A stretch of 64,000 bases of DNA from Dipteris shenzhenensis (GCA_047967505.1 CM106538.1); one strand, 5' to 3'. Positions 24,036 through 36,700 are shown, counted from the stretch's first letter. Notes: generated from the sequence alone by a model not told the origin. Numbers and translations: made by a program.

Positions 24036-27000
24036 TTGCAAATGAATCTTCCATTGCTGTTCATATTGTATCATTGATTTCCATGGCCTTCAACATCCTC
24101 CTTGTACCTAGACTAGGTATATCAACTTTCCTATCTCACAGCCTCTGTCTAGTTCTCTTGCAACCCATGGCAAATTACATCGCACCATGTGGTTTTTTAT
24201 TTTAAATAAATAAAGTGAATGAAGAAATGAGAAATGATTTATGTAATTAAACAAGCTATCTTGTGAAGAGAAACAAGGACTCACCTAATAGCTTCATGAT
24301 AGGAATACAAAATTGTGCACATTCCAACTTCCAAGAGAGCTTGAGGAGCACGAAGAGACGTGAGCAACACACCTAGCCCTGAATGACAAACTAGAAAAAA
24401 AATAGAAAAAATCAAAAACCTAAAACATGTATCGAATGCTTTTATTGTGGCAAGAAGGGACATGTGAAGTCTAAGTGCTTCAAGTTTATACGGGATCAGA
24501 ACGCCAAGAAGGCTGAGGCAAAGGATGCAGGCAGTGGAAGCAAAGGCAAAGGCAAGGCCAAGGTAGATGACTTGGATGCAGTAAATGTTGCAGCAGAGGA
24601 CAGTGACAGTGACAGACATGATGTTCTATGCTCTTCTGCTGTAATTGCACATACTTTGGTTATTGATGGCCATGACATGCACACCTGGCTCTTGGATTCA
24701 GATGCTTCTTTTCATGTTACTCCTCATAGGGAGTGGTTTACTTCCTACACAGGTACTCATGGAGTTGTTCACCTTGGGAACAACTATGCATGTCAGATTG
24801 CAGGGATTGGCAGTATACAGATAGTATTCCCTGATGGACGCATATTTATGCTTGATGGTGTTCGTCATGTGCCGCAAATCAAGAAAAATCTGATTAGCAC
24901 TGGCTTGTTAGATGATAGTGGTTACCACACCACATTTGGGGATTCCAAATGGGTGATTACTGATGGCCAGGTTGTAGTGGGTGAGGGTTTTAAGAGTGAT
25001 ACCTTGTACCCTCTTTATGTTTCCAGTGTAGGTAATCATGTTGTTGCCATAACCGAGCTGCCAAAGGTTTCATTGTGGCATAGCCGGTTGGGACACATGT
25101 CCGTTAAAGGAATGCAAGAACTGTCACGTTTGGGTTATCTGCCGTCTCTTTCATTTTCAGATTTGCCTACTTGTGATCATTGCATATTTGGCAAGCATTC
25201 TATGACTCCTCATAAGAGGAGAACCCCCCAAAATAGAGCACCGCTTGATCTAGTGCACACTGATTTGTGTGAGATGCCACAGTTATCACTAGGGGGTGCA
25301 AAGTATTTCATTACTTTTATTGATGATGCCACACGCAAAGTGTGGGTCTATTTCTTGAAGCATAAGAGCGATGCCTTAGATGCTTTCAAGAAGTTTGTCG
25401 CTCAGGTTGAGAATCGGATAGGTCGCAGGCTGAAATGCCTCAGATCCGATAACGTGGGTGAGTATGTGTCACATGCTTTTGTGCAGTTTTGCGAAGCTAA
25501 GGGCATCAAACAGGAACTCACAGCCCCTCATAATGCATCTCAAAATGGTGTAAGTGAGCGGATGAATCGAACTATTCAGGAGAAGGTTCGATGTATGTTG
25601 TCTTATGCTGCATTGCCCCATGGCTTTTGGGCAGAAGCCGTGCAAACAGCAGTTCACATAATTAACAGGTCGCCGAACAAGGCTTTGGAGTTGAAAGTGC
25701 CAGAGGAGATGTGGTCTGGCAAGCCACCTTCATATAAGCACTTACGTGTGTTTGGCTGCGAGTGCTTTGCTCATATACGCAAAGAACTGCGCACCAAACT
25801 GGATCCAGAGTCTTCCAGATGCATCTTTATGGGTTATGGTGACGAAGGTGAAATGGGATACAGGTTATGGGATCCCGTTAAACGGAAGATTATACGCAGC
25901 AATGATGTCATCTTTAAAGAGGATAGTGTACACAAAGAACCCGTGCAACCTGTGGAATACAGGAGGGTTGTTTATCATGATGTCGGACAGCAAAGAATGC
26001 CCATTAATATGCAGCAGCAGGCTGCTGCAGATAGCCCTGTTCAAGAGGGTATACAGGCTGAAAATCAGCCAGATAATTTTGCCAATGATGCACCACAGGA
26101 TATGCCAGCAAATGGGGCTGTAGAACAGCCAAATATGGTGGTACAGCCACCCGTCATGCATGACGAACAGGCTAGACAGCAGCCTAATCCGGAACATTTT
26201 GTTAGGAGGAGCACCCGTGTACAACGGCCTCCTGACAGGTTTGTTCCAGGAGCCAATAATGTGGCTGATTTTATTATGCTGACAGATTGTGGTGAGCCTT
26301 CCAGCTTCAAGGAAGCTATGGGAAGAACAGAGAAAAGGAAGTGGGAGAAAGCCATGCAGTCAGAAATGGACTCCCTACTTCAAAATGATACATGGGACTT
26401 GGTGCAGCTACCTGCAGGCAGAAAGGTTTTGCCATGCAAGTGGGTTTACAAAGTCAAAGTGGATTCAAATGCTTTACCGAGGTATAAGGCCAGATTGGTT
26501 GCCAAGGGATTTAAGCAGGAGAAAGGCATTGACTTTGATGAGATCTTTTCCCCTGTAGTCAAGATGACTACTTTGAGAGCAGTGTTAGCTCTTGTTGCTC
26601 ACGAGGACATGGATTTATGTCAGATGGATGTGAAGACTGCTTTTCTTCACGGAGATCTCCATGATGAGATCTATATGAGTCAGCCAGAGGGATATGCTGT
26701 TAAAGGGAAAGAGCAGCTTGTGTGTAAGCTCAAGAGGAGCTTGTATGGACTCAAGCAGGCACCAAGAGAATGGTACAAGAAGTTTGATGCCTTCATGCAG
26801 TCCCAAGGGTATCATAGGTGTGAGACCGATCATTGCTTGTACACCAAACGGGCAAAGGATGGCAGTTTGATGCTACTCATTCTATATGTGGATGACATGC
26901 TAATTGCCAGTAAATCTCAGCATGAGATTAGTGCTTTGAAGAAACAACTGCATATGTCTTTTGACATGAAAGACTTGGGTGATGCAAACCATATTCTTGG

Positions 27001-28389
27001 CATGCGGATTACTCGTGACAGGTCCAAGGGACTTTTGTTTCTGTCACAGAAGGAGTACATTGACAAAGTACTGCAGAGGTTTAAAATGGAGGGGGGGAAG
27101 TCTATTAGTACCCCGTTGCGTCCACATTTAAAACTCAGCAGTAAGGACAGCCCCAGATCAGATGATGATAAGGCTGAAATGGCCAAGGTTCCGTATGCAT
27201 CTGCAGTTGGTTCTTTGATGTATGCCATGGTTGCCACTCGTCCGGATATTGCTTTTGCAGTGGGAGTCATCAGCAGGTATATGGCAAATCCAGGCAAGCG
27301 GCACTGGGAAGCAGTGAAAGGTGTCTTGAGGTATCTCAAAGGTACCAAAGACTTGTGCATATGCTATGGTAGGCAGGATGCATTGGTGCATGGTTTTACA
27401 GATTCAGACTATGCAGGGAATGCAGAGAACCGGAAGTCTACTACCGGTTATGCTATATCATGGGTGTCTCGGTTGCAGAAATGCGTTGCACTGTCAACCA
27501 CTGAAGCTGAATATGTTGCAGCCACTGAGGCTTGCAAGGAAGCAATATGGCTTACTCGGCTGGTGGGAGATTTGGGCATTACAGGAGATATGCCAGTTCT
27601 GCATTGTGATAGTTAGAGTGCTATCATGTTGGCAAACAATCCGGTCTTTCATCAGAAGACCAAGCACATAGATGTGAAATATCATTTCATCAGGGAGGTA
27701 CTAGAAGACAAGCGACTTGAGCTTGTGAAGGTGCATACTGATGATAATCCTGCAGATTTGCTCACTAAGAGCTTGCCTACAGAGCGGTTTGCACATTGCC
27801 GCCACATCATGGGATTAGGATGAGACCATTCTTATTTTATGGTCTTGTATACAGTAACTGTATATTGCTGTAATTTTTATTCTTTTCTCCCCTTTAGGCA
27901 CATTGGCCTTTAGGTGGGAGGTTGTTGGGGTAAAGGCACATTGCCACCCCTTTATTAAAGATATGACACCTATGACTGTCTTAAGACAGTCATAGGGTGA
28001 AAAACCTAATCCTAATAAAACCTATGAGTTTGTGGTGTGGCTCATCACTTCACACCCGCATCTTTTGTGTCACCTCTCTCTCTCACTCTCTCCCCGTTGT
28101 ACTTCTCCCTCACTCTTTCCCTCTGAACTACTTGTTATTCCTATTTTACGTTTTATAAATTGGTTTCTGAAAGATCAATGTGCTTTATGCTCACCGTTTC
28201 TAACTGTATGGGTATGGTTTAGAAGGATTTCAGCGTTGTTGTATATGAGAGCTTCTAAACATTGGGCAGGTTATGAGATACTGCATGGGATTTCCGCTAA
28301 GGAAGTTGTTTTTTAGCAAATACAAGCTGCACATGAGTTATGCCTTGGTTTCAATCTGCTGTTGGTAATAGCTGCGAATGGTTTTGCAG

Positions 28390-28425
28390 TTTTATCTCCA
28401 CAGGATCATATGACAGTTTTATAAG
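28390..28425 (+). CDS. WDR12: WDR12 36-nt micro-exon
   Basis: ttgcag|T TTT ATC TCC ACA GGA TCA TAT GAC AGT TTT ATA AG|gtaat; encodes (S)FISTGSYDSFI(R). Phases match both neighbours. Not in the ORF track. Confidence 0.88.
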
Positions 28426-28541
28426 GTAATCTTCTTTGTGCGGAAGTTTTTCAAAGTTGCTTTTGGTTTGACTAGGTTTAATGGGCCTTTCATGATTTTT
28501 TAAATCTTTTACGTTAATTTGCAAATAATGGATGTACACAG

Positions 28542-28627
28542 AATTTGGAATGGTGATGGATCATTAGCTCAACTGCTGGAAGGCCATACGGACGCAATAA
28601 CTTCTCTTACAACAATTATCCCAGCAG
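28542..28627 (+). CDS. WDR12: WDR12 internal exon
   Basis: acacag|A ATT TGG...GCA G|gtatt; encodes IWNGDGSLAQLLEGHTDAITSLTTIIPA. Confidence 0.9.
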
Positions 28628-28822
28628 GTATTTTTGTCACTTATTGCCTTGACAGCAAGGAACTAAAAGGACTATCAGGTGTGGTGGTAAGCATGGAGTT
28701 CTGCATCTCCTATGAAGTGAAAGACTGCTCATTGCATTTACTTCAGGGAGGGAAGAGAAATTTCAACAAAGGCATCCGCCAAATTAGGTTACATTTACCC
28801 ATTTTCTTGATGCTATAAGCAG

Positions 28823-28881
28823 CGTCTGATGGTTGGAAGCTAGTTTCTGGGTCAAAAGACCGGACTATTCGTGTTTGGCAG
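28823..28881 (+). CDS. WDR12: WDR12 internal exon
   Basis: aagcag|CG TCT...TGG CAG|gtgaac; encodes SDGWKLVSGSKDRTIRVWQ. Confidence 0.88.
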
Positions 28882-28985
28882 GTGAACGTTTTGCTTAACT
28901 GTGGCTTCTAAGCAATTTGAATCAGGTGGTTCAGAAGGCAGTTTTCTTGGTTTGCCACTAATGGTTAGTAATATCTCATTTGCAG

Positions 28986-29105
28986 CTGTCAGTGATCAAA
29001 TCAAAGGATGCTGCAGATCGAGTGTATTTGAACAAGCCAGTGAGAGTTTGGAAAGGGCATAATTCGTCTGTCCAGTGTGTTGGTACAAACTCTTCTGGTG
29101 ATATG
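28986..29105 (+). CDS. WDR12: WDR12 internal exon
   Basis: ttgcag|CTG TCA...GAT ATG|gtaag; encodes LSVIKSK...VWKGHNSSVQCVGTNSSGDM. Confidence 0.9.
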
Positions 29106-30788
29106 GTAAGTTTGTTGACACTAAGCTCCAGATGTAGCAAGGCAAGTTTTTTAAAAGTTAGTCAGGATACTGCAGGAATCAAGCTTTTGTATGCGAGTGT
29201 TCATATGGGGGGGATATTGAACATGCATTTGGGAAGCCCGCTTTTTTTTGGGATGGGCAGTGCTAGCATGGTGGGGTATTGGATTAGTAAATGATTTGAT
29301 GCTAAGGCTTTTCTTTGACACTAGAAAGGCAGGGAGGGGATTGGAGTCACAATTGATTTTTTTGAGCATTGCTATGAGTATGAACTATCAATCATGAGTT
29401 GATCAGGGAGCTACTTTTACCATGAGTAGGTAGAATTTATGGATTGATGGAAAGGTGGTGTTACCATTTCTGGAATTATCATTTTACTTGCAGTGTATGC
29501 TGAGTTGTGAAATCTGCTTCTCTGGCTGGCCGGGAATTTCCTTTGCAGCCACTATCTTTCTTACACTTCCCTTGGCTGCAAGTACGGTATTAACTTGTCG
29601 GTCCCTTGCGATGAGACTTAACCTCTTTAGCTTTCCAACAGAGGGTATGCACAGCGGAAGACTGATAGTAATGCCCAGGAGCTCACACAGTGTGATGTGG
29701 GGTGTGGAATCACAAACTTCTTAACTTATGTGCATAGATGTGCAAGCCAGTAAATAGACAATGCTCAGAGACAAATATAGAAGAAACACTTTATATTTCT
29801 GTCCGTCCAGAAACTAGGACAGGATACAATACCAGAAGGTCCTTCTACCACAAGCCTGACACTTCTAGATCTCTGAGCCTGCGTGCTCCACCTCGAGCAT
29901 ATGTAGACTCTCTGTCTAGATCCCTTCCATCTTGCTGTCCGGAAGCCAGGTGGGCTGCCTCTCTAGCTCAGTCTGCAGCTTCTCCTAGGTCACCTTGTCC
30001 TCCTGGATGTAGGCCTAAGGCTCCCCCTTTGCTGCTCCTGTCTGCTGTCCTGAGGGCTGCTCCAAGTGATGAATGAATGAGGCCCAATGGCCTCCTTATA
30101 TAGGCCCCAAGGGGCTGGAAAAAACCGATCTGGTAGGGGAATATGGGCCGACCAGACTGCCCCTCCCTACCCGACTTTATAGTCTGTAAACCGACCTCCA
30201 GGCAGCCCTTGATTGGCCGACCTAGGGCGGCTCTCTTGGGCTTTTGCCAGGCCCTAAGGGCAGCCCATATAGGGCCCTACCCTTGGGTCCTTCTAGGGCT
30301 GGATGGCTGCAACTGTTCCGCCATCAACAGACCCTTCTTGCAGGCGCCCTTGCCCTGCCATGCTGTGCCATGTGCTCCTGCCCTCTGCCAGGCTCTCTCC
30401 AGCCACGTGTGCAGCGCTGTACAGGTCTGTACATCAGCTGACGTCAGTGCGCCCTTCACAGGGTCCTGTTGCAGGCCGTACGCCTGTCTTTTTGCTTTGA
30501 CAGCTGCGCACATGGCAGCTCATGTGCTGCCCATGTGACATCCCCAATATCTCCAGGTCTACCTCCCCCATGCTCTCCTCATATGGGGGCTTACAGACGG
30601 GGAGGTGACCATTCCAACACCCCCTCTCACCGACACATCCAGGCCCAATGCCAACACGTTGATGACGATGCTCCATTAACTCCCTGGTCGTAGTCCTCTG
30701 GAAAATTTCGATGTCAAAATCTTTTCGTGGCTTTTCATCCAATGGCTCCTGCTGCACTAGGTCCTGGTCCCGCTTCCGCACACCATCC

Positions 30789-33700
30789 TGAAGGTTATAG
30801 AGAGAATGAGAGCAAGAGAGTGTGAGAGAGTCGTAAGCTAGGAAGCAGTAGTTGCTCAATAGAGTGTGTAAAGAGTACAACACAAAGTAGTGTAGATAAG
30901 GTTTTGTCATAGTGACAAAACCTTAGTAGTCACTAACCATAGTTAGTGAACTAACTGCAGTTAGGGGGAAAAACCTCTAAAGGAGGGAAAAGTGCCCCTA
31001 ACTAACTTATTATATTACATTGGTCACTGCTGAATTTTAGATATAATTCCAACAGGTTATAGAGAGAATGAGAGCAAGAGAGTGTGAGAGAGTCGTAAGC
31101 TAGGAAGCAGTAGTTGCTCAATAGAGTGTGTAAAGAGTACAACACAAAGTAGTGTAGATAAGGTTTTGTCATAGTGACAAAACCTTAGTAGTCACTAACC
31201 ATAGTTAGTGAACTAACTGCAGTTAGGGGAAAAAACCTCTAAAGGAGGGAAAAGTGCCCCTAACTAACTTATTATATTACATTGGTCACTGCTGAATTAT
31301 AGATATAATTCCAACACCCCCCTGCAGTGCCAATGTCATGTACAAGGCTGATCAATCACCAAATGGATATAAGTTCAGGGCACTGCGAAATGCCTCGAAC
31401 TTCTCACGTGGTAGTGCCTTGGTGAAGATATCTGCAACGTTGTCATGTGTGGACACAAAGATCATACTGATCTCTCCTGCATGTAACTTCTCTCTGACGT
31501 AATGATAGTGAACCTCAATGTGCTTCGTGCGAGCATGAAACACTGGATTTTTTGCCACTGCAATGGCACTCTGACTATCAGTGAGAATTGGAGAAGGACC
31601 CTCCAAAGACAGATAAAGATCAGCAAATAAACGTCTCAGCCAGACACATTCCACTGTTGCTGTGAAAGCTGCCCTGTACTCAGCTTCACATGATGAGGTA
31701 GCCACTGTAGATTGTTTCTTGCTTAGCCATGAAATGCAAGATTTTCCCAAAAAGAAACAATTGCCACTAGTGGACTGCCTAGTGTCATAATCACCAGCCC
31801 AATCTGAATCACTGTAGGCATGCATCTGCAAGTCACCCCCCCTGGGAAATAGTAAGCCAAAAGACTTGGTGCCTTGCAAATAACGGAAGATGCGCTTAAC
31901 TGCCTGCCAATGCATAGTTTTAGGGCTGTGCATATACCTGCTCACCTGAGATACTGCAAACTGAATATCAGGCCTAGTATTGCAGAGATATATGAGGCAT
32001 CCAACAGCTTGACTGTAAAGTGTGGCATCAACTGATTCTCCTGCATCATGCATTGTGAGTTTCAGCCCCGGTTCCATAGGAGTAGATATGGGCTTACACT
32101 CTTGCATGTTAAATCTGTCCAAAAGTTTCTGAACATACTTGGACTGAGACATAACAGTGCCACGTTTCTCATGAGAGAACTGGATCCCCAAATAAAAATG
32201 AAGCAGCCCCAAATCTGACATATCAAAGTGGGTCTGCAAATCAGTTTTGAAATCTGCAATTTTGTCGTCGTTGGACCCTGTGAGCAATAAGTCATCAACA
32301 TAAAGAAGGATGACTAATATTTCCCCCCCATCCATCTTGATGTAGAGGGTGCTCTCAGTAGGACTATTGTGCAGCCCCTTGCTGGTCAAAAAGGCATGTA
32401 TCTTGGCATACCATGCACGAGGGGCCTGTTTCAGCCCATATAAAGCTTTATTAAGCTTGCAGACTTGAAGTGCATTTGCTGTAATTTCAAAACCCGGAGG
32501 TGGTTTGACATACACCTCTTCCAGCAAGTCCCCATTTAAGAAGGCTGTTTTGATGTCCAACTGATGAACATTCCACTCTAAATGTGCAGCCATTGCAATT
32601 AGTGATCGGATGGTGGTCATCCGGGATGTAGGAGCAAAAGTCTCCTCATAATCGATGCCCTTTTTCTGAGCATAGCCTTTAGCAACCAGCCTGGCTTTAT
32701 ATCTGTCAATGGAGCCATCTGGCTTCCGTTTGACTTTAAATACCCATCGTGTGCCAATAGCATGTTTACCCTGTGGCAAGTCCACAACATCCCAAGTCTG
32801 ATTTTTGGCAATGGACTGCAACTCATCGTGCATGGCATTCATCCAATGCACATTACCTTGGGCCTCTTCAAATGTGGCAGGCTCCTCTTCATCAAGGAGA
32901 GTACCTGCATATGCTGATTCCACTGAATTAGCACCTTCCATGTGCCTTGCTGCACTGCGAGTCCTGCCAGGTAACGGGGCATCAAGTTTACTCTCCCGGA
33001 GAGTCTGTAACAGCCAGTTTGGGACTGTTTTTGCTGCATGTATGTCTGCAATTTCTTGCTGTACCACTTGTTCCACTTCCTGTGGAGGAGGCATGACATC
33101 CCGTGGCGGAACTGAAGCATTTGAAGGTTGCTGGAAATTCTGATTTGGATCAGAAAAATCAGCAGGGGAACCCAATGCAATGGGTAGCAACCCTTGAAAT
33201 ACATCTTCTGAAGGTGAAGGCATTTGAAAATCAGCCTGAGTGTAAGCTGAATTTTCAGAAAATATCACATCTCTACTTACAATGATTTTGCGTGTAGCAG
33301 GATTGTAGAGACGATACCCCTTGCTTTCTGCACTGTATCCAACAAATATGCATTTGATGGCTTTATCTGACAATTTGTGCCTAAATTCAACTGGCACATG
33401 TGCATAGGCAAGGCATCCAAAGACTCGGAAGTGATCCACTGAAGGCTTCCTGTCATTCCAGACCTCAAAAGGAGTTTTTGTTTTTAAAGCCTTAGTGGGA
33501 GCCCTGTTCAAAATGTAATTGGCACACATCAAACCCTCTAACCAGAATTTATGAGGCATGTGTTTGCTTTTCAGCATACATCTGTCCATCTCCATGAGGG
33601 TTCTATTTTTCCTCTCAGCTTTGCCATTTTGCTGAGGGGTCAGCTTGACTGTGAGCTGATGCACAATACCCTTTTGTTTGAGGAAAGCATCAAATTCTGC

Positions 33701-36700
33701 AGATAGGTATTCCCCACCTCTATCCGTGCGTAATGTCTGTATCTTGAGCCCGGTTTCATTTTCAACCATGGCTGAAAAATGTTTAAACACTGTGAACACT
33801 TCAGATTTCTTTTTCAGCCCATAAACCCAAGTAAAATTGGAGTAGTCATCAATGAATGTAACAAAGTAGAGATGACCACCCAATGACGGAGTCCTCATGG
33901 GACCACAGACATCACTGTGTATAAGCTGCAATTTGCGAACAGCTTTAACTGAACCATCCTTCTTGAAGGGAAATCTATGCATTTTACCTAAAATGCACCC
34001 TTCACAGGCATGTGGAGGAGGTATCTCAAGAGGTGGCAATGCATCAACCATTGAAAATTTCTGAAGTGTCATCAAGCTGTTGTAATGCATGTGGCCATAT
34101 CTGGCATGCCATAATTCTGCATTTTGCATGGCAACTGTAGGGGAAGAAATTGCCAAAGCATGAGCTGCTCTTTTCTGAAAAATATCAAGCTGAAAAAGCC
34201 CACGCAGCAGAGTACCAGATAACATTAAGGCATAGTTAGCTTCCCTGTCCCGGACAGCACATTTGTCATCCTCAAAGATGACCTGAAATCCATCTCTGTT
34301 AAGAGTGGACACTGAAAGGAGATTTTTGGTTATGCCAGGCACATATAAAACATCAGAAAGTCTGAAAATTGAGCCATCAATTGCAGTGAGCTCAACTTCT
34401 CCTGTGCCACGTACTGAATATGAGGAGTTGTTGGCACAAGTGACTTTCTTACCAACAGGGGGTGGATGCAAGGAAGTAAAGAGACACTTCCTCGAAGTGA
34501 TGTGCTTGGATGCACCGCTGTCAAAATACCATGTGTTCAGTGTTTCATCAACACTGAAAGCAGATGCATCTGAAGGAGAGTCAAAACTGCAAGTCAAAAA
34601 TGCATATGTATCATCACTGAATGAAGCTGTACTATCCCGAGCATCTGGAACAGCCAACCTAGAATCAGAAATGCAAGATAAAAAGGCATAATCTTGACCA
34701 ACAAAGTTGGCTGCAGCATCCCCACTGTCAGATGCACAAGGGGCTGAATCTGAAACAGCCATTCCTGAGCTGTTTTTCTTTTCCTTTGCAATCCTTTTCC
34801 TGCATTCTGCTATGTGATGACCTGGCTTTTTGCAGTAGTGACAAAAACCCTTCTTTTTGGGCTTGCTTGTATCACTTTTAGCCTTTTGTGAAGGCTGTCC
34901 TGACCCACTGGAAGGCTGATTTGCTGCTGTTTTTGCCTGTCCCTTTGTTTTTGATTTGAATTTTGAGAGCATGGCTTGTTCACCTGCTCGTGAAGCCAAA
35001 TTTTTCCTGGTCTGCTCTTCCTGAAGCAGAAGTCCTATCAGCTCATGAAAAGAAAGAGGATTTGCACCCCCCCTCAATGATAAATTCAGCGAAGTATGAA
35101 AGCTGAGATAAGACTCAGGAAGAGAATTCAGAGTGGTTGTAATCATCTCTGAATCAGGAATAATTTCATCTATATTTAACAACTGCTCTCTGAGATCCTG
35201 TAGCTTAGTGAGGTGGGCTGACATGGAGTCACCCTCCTCCATATGTGTATTGCTCAATTCTCTTTTTAAAAAAGATACTCTGGCATCATTCCGTGCTGCA
35301 TACATGCTTTCCAAAATATCCCACGCTGCCCTGGAGGTCTTACACGACCGGATATGCGGAATGATTGATCTTTTCACTGAAAGAGAGATGCAAGACAAGG
35401 CTAAGGCATCTCGTGAATCCCATCTCTTTTGCTCAGGAGTATTAACTGTAGCTGCACCAACAACTTGTCCTGCAGCTGCACCTTGTGTACGACCTCTTCC
35501 ACCTCCTTGGTGAGGAGGGGTAGCAGGTGCAATATCTGCTGGTCGGATTTCATCCCCATTGACATAATCCCATAAATTGCGAGAAATCAGAATATTACGT
35601 ACCATGAAACTCCAGAGGGAGTAGTTGGTACCATCCAATTTGTCTTCCTGAGAAAGACCACCGAACTGAAAATCATTCTGATTTTGATGGGCCATATCTG
35701 AAAAAGGAATTGAAGCAGATACAAAGTTGAATTCCCTTACTGGGAATAGAATGCACAACTCCCAAAAACCACACCCAAGCACGGGCTGTATATGCAACTT
35801 AGATTTCTGCACTTGAGCTGTCAGAAATCTGTCCAAGCATAAAACACTCTCCAAAATTTGCCAAAAGTGTTCCAAACACTCCAATAAAGGCAGTATGTAC
35901 TAAATACTCCAAAAAATGCTCTCTCAACTCAAAAGCCCCAATTTGTGGCTAGAAATTGCAGCCAGAAAGGGGCAAAATTACTAAAAGCCCCAAATCTGCA
36001 ATTTTTGAACAAAAGCCCCAAATTTCAGACTAGATCTGCAGATCTGTCTGTAAAAGCCCCAAATGTACTCCCAGAAAATAACTGCCCCAATTTGTGGTTT
36101 CCTGCAAGATGAGCCTGTCCAAAAACACCTGTGGCTTAAGGCAACTGGTGTCGATCTGCAAGTACAGATTGTACAGCTGACAGAAGCAAGGACTGTACGG
36201 TCAGTACGAACTGTACGGTCAGTACGGAACAGACCGTACGGTACTGATGACGCAGGTACAGTCGAAAAGCAAAACTGTACGGAAGCAGGATGGCGATGAT
36301 GTACGGCGAAAATTGTACGGACGGCGGAACCTGCACGGCGTACGGCAAAATCTGTACGGACGGCGAAAACTGTACGGACAGCGGAATTCGTACGGCGTAC
36401 GGCGAAATCCGTACGGACTGTACGGCGAAATCCGTACGGACTGTACGGCGATGGTACGTCGGATTCCGTACAGTCGTACGGACTGTACGGACGAGTTGTA
36501 GCAGGGAGAGAACGTTGAGGGAGCTGGTGGCCCGAGGGTCTTGAACCCGCTCTGATACCAAATGAAGGTTATAGAGAGAATGAGAGCAAGAGAGTGTGAG
36601 AGAGTCGTAAGCTAGGAAGCAGTAGTTGCTCAATAGAGTGTGTAAAGAGTACAACACAAAGTAGTGTAGATAAGGTTTTGTCATAGTGACAAAACCTTAG

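Larger units (their letters stand above)
22372..27823 (+). pseudogene. Copia B gag-pol, disabled
   Basis: Relative to A: +1 frameshift near 22510, a 1.4-kb insertion at 23017-24429, a 21-bp in-frame deletion in RNase H (TTGY^AISW) and a TAG at 27614-27616. Otherwise near-identical to A. Confidence 0.92.
20458..28126 (+). mobile_element. Ty1/copia LTR retrotransposon B (sister of A), carrying an internal foreign insertion
   Basis: 204-bp LTRs at 20458-20661 and 27923-28126 (3' LTR ends TGA rather than TCA). TSD ACTAC at 20453-20457 and 28127-28131. PBS at 20664-20675 and PPT at 27912-27921. Confidence 0.96.

Noticed and set aside
29738-30538. Duplicated 112-131 aa ORFs also seen at 38900-39702
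   Set aside because: They recur only because they lie within the two LTRs, and they have no recognisable domain.
35696-35884. 63-aa N-terminal extension of the 1510-aa ORF
   Set aside because: It begins at a non-ATG codon in leader sequence; gag similarity starts after the ATG at 35695.
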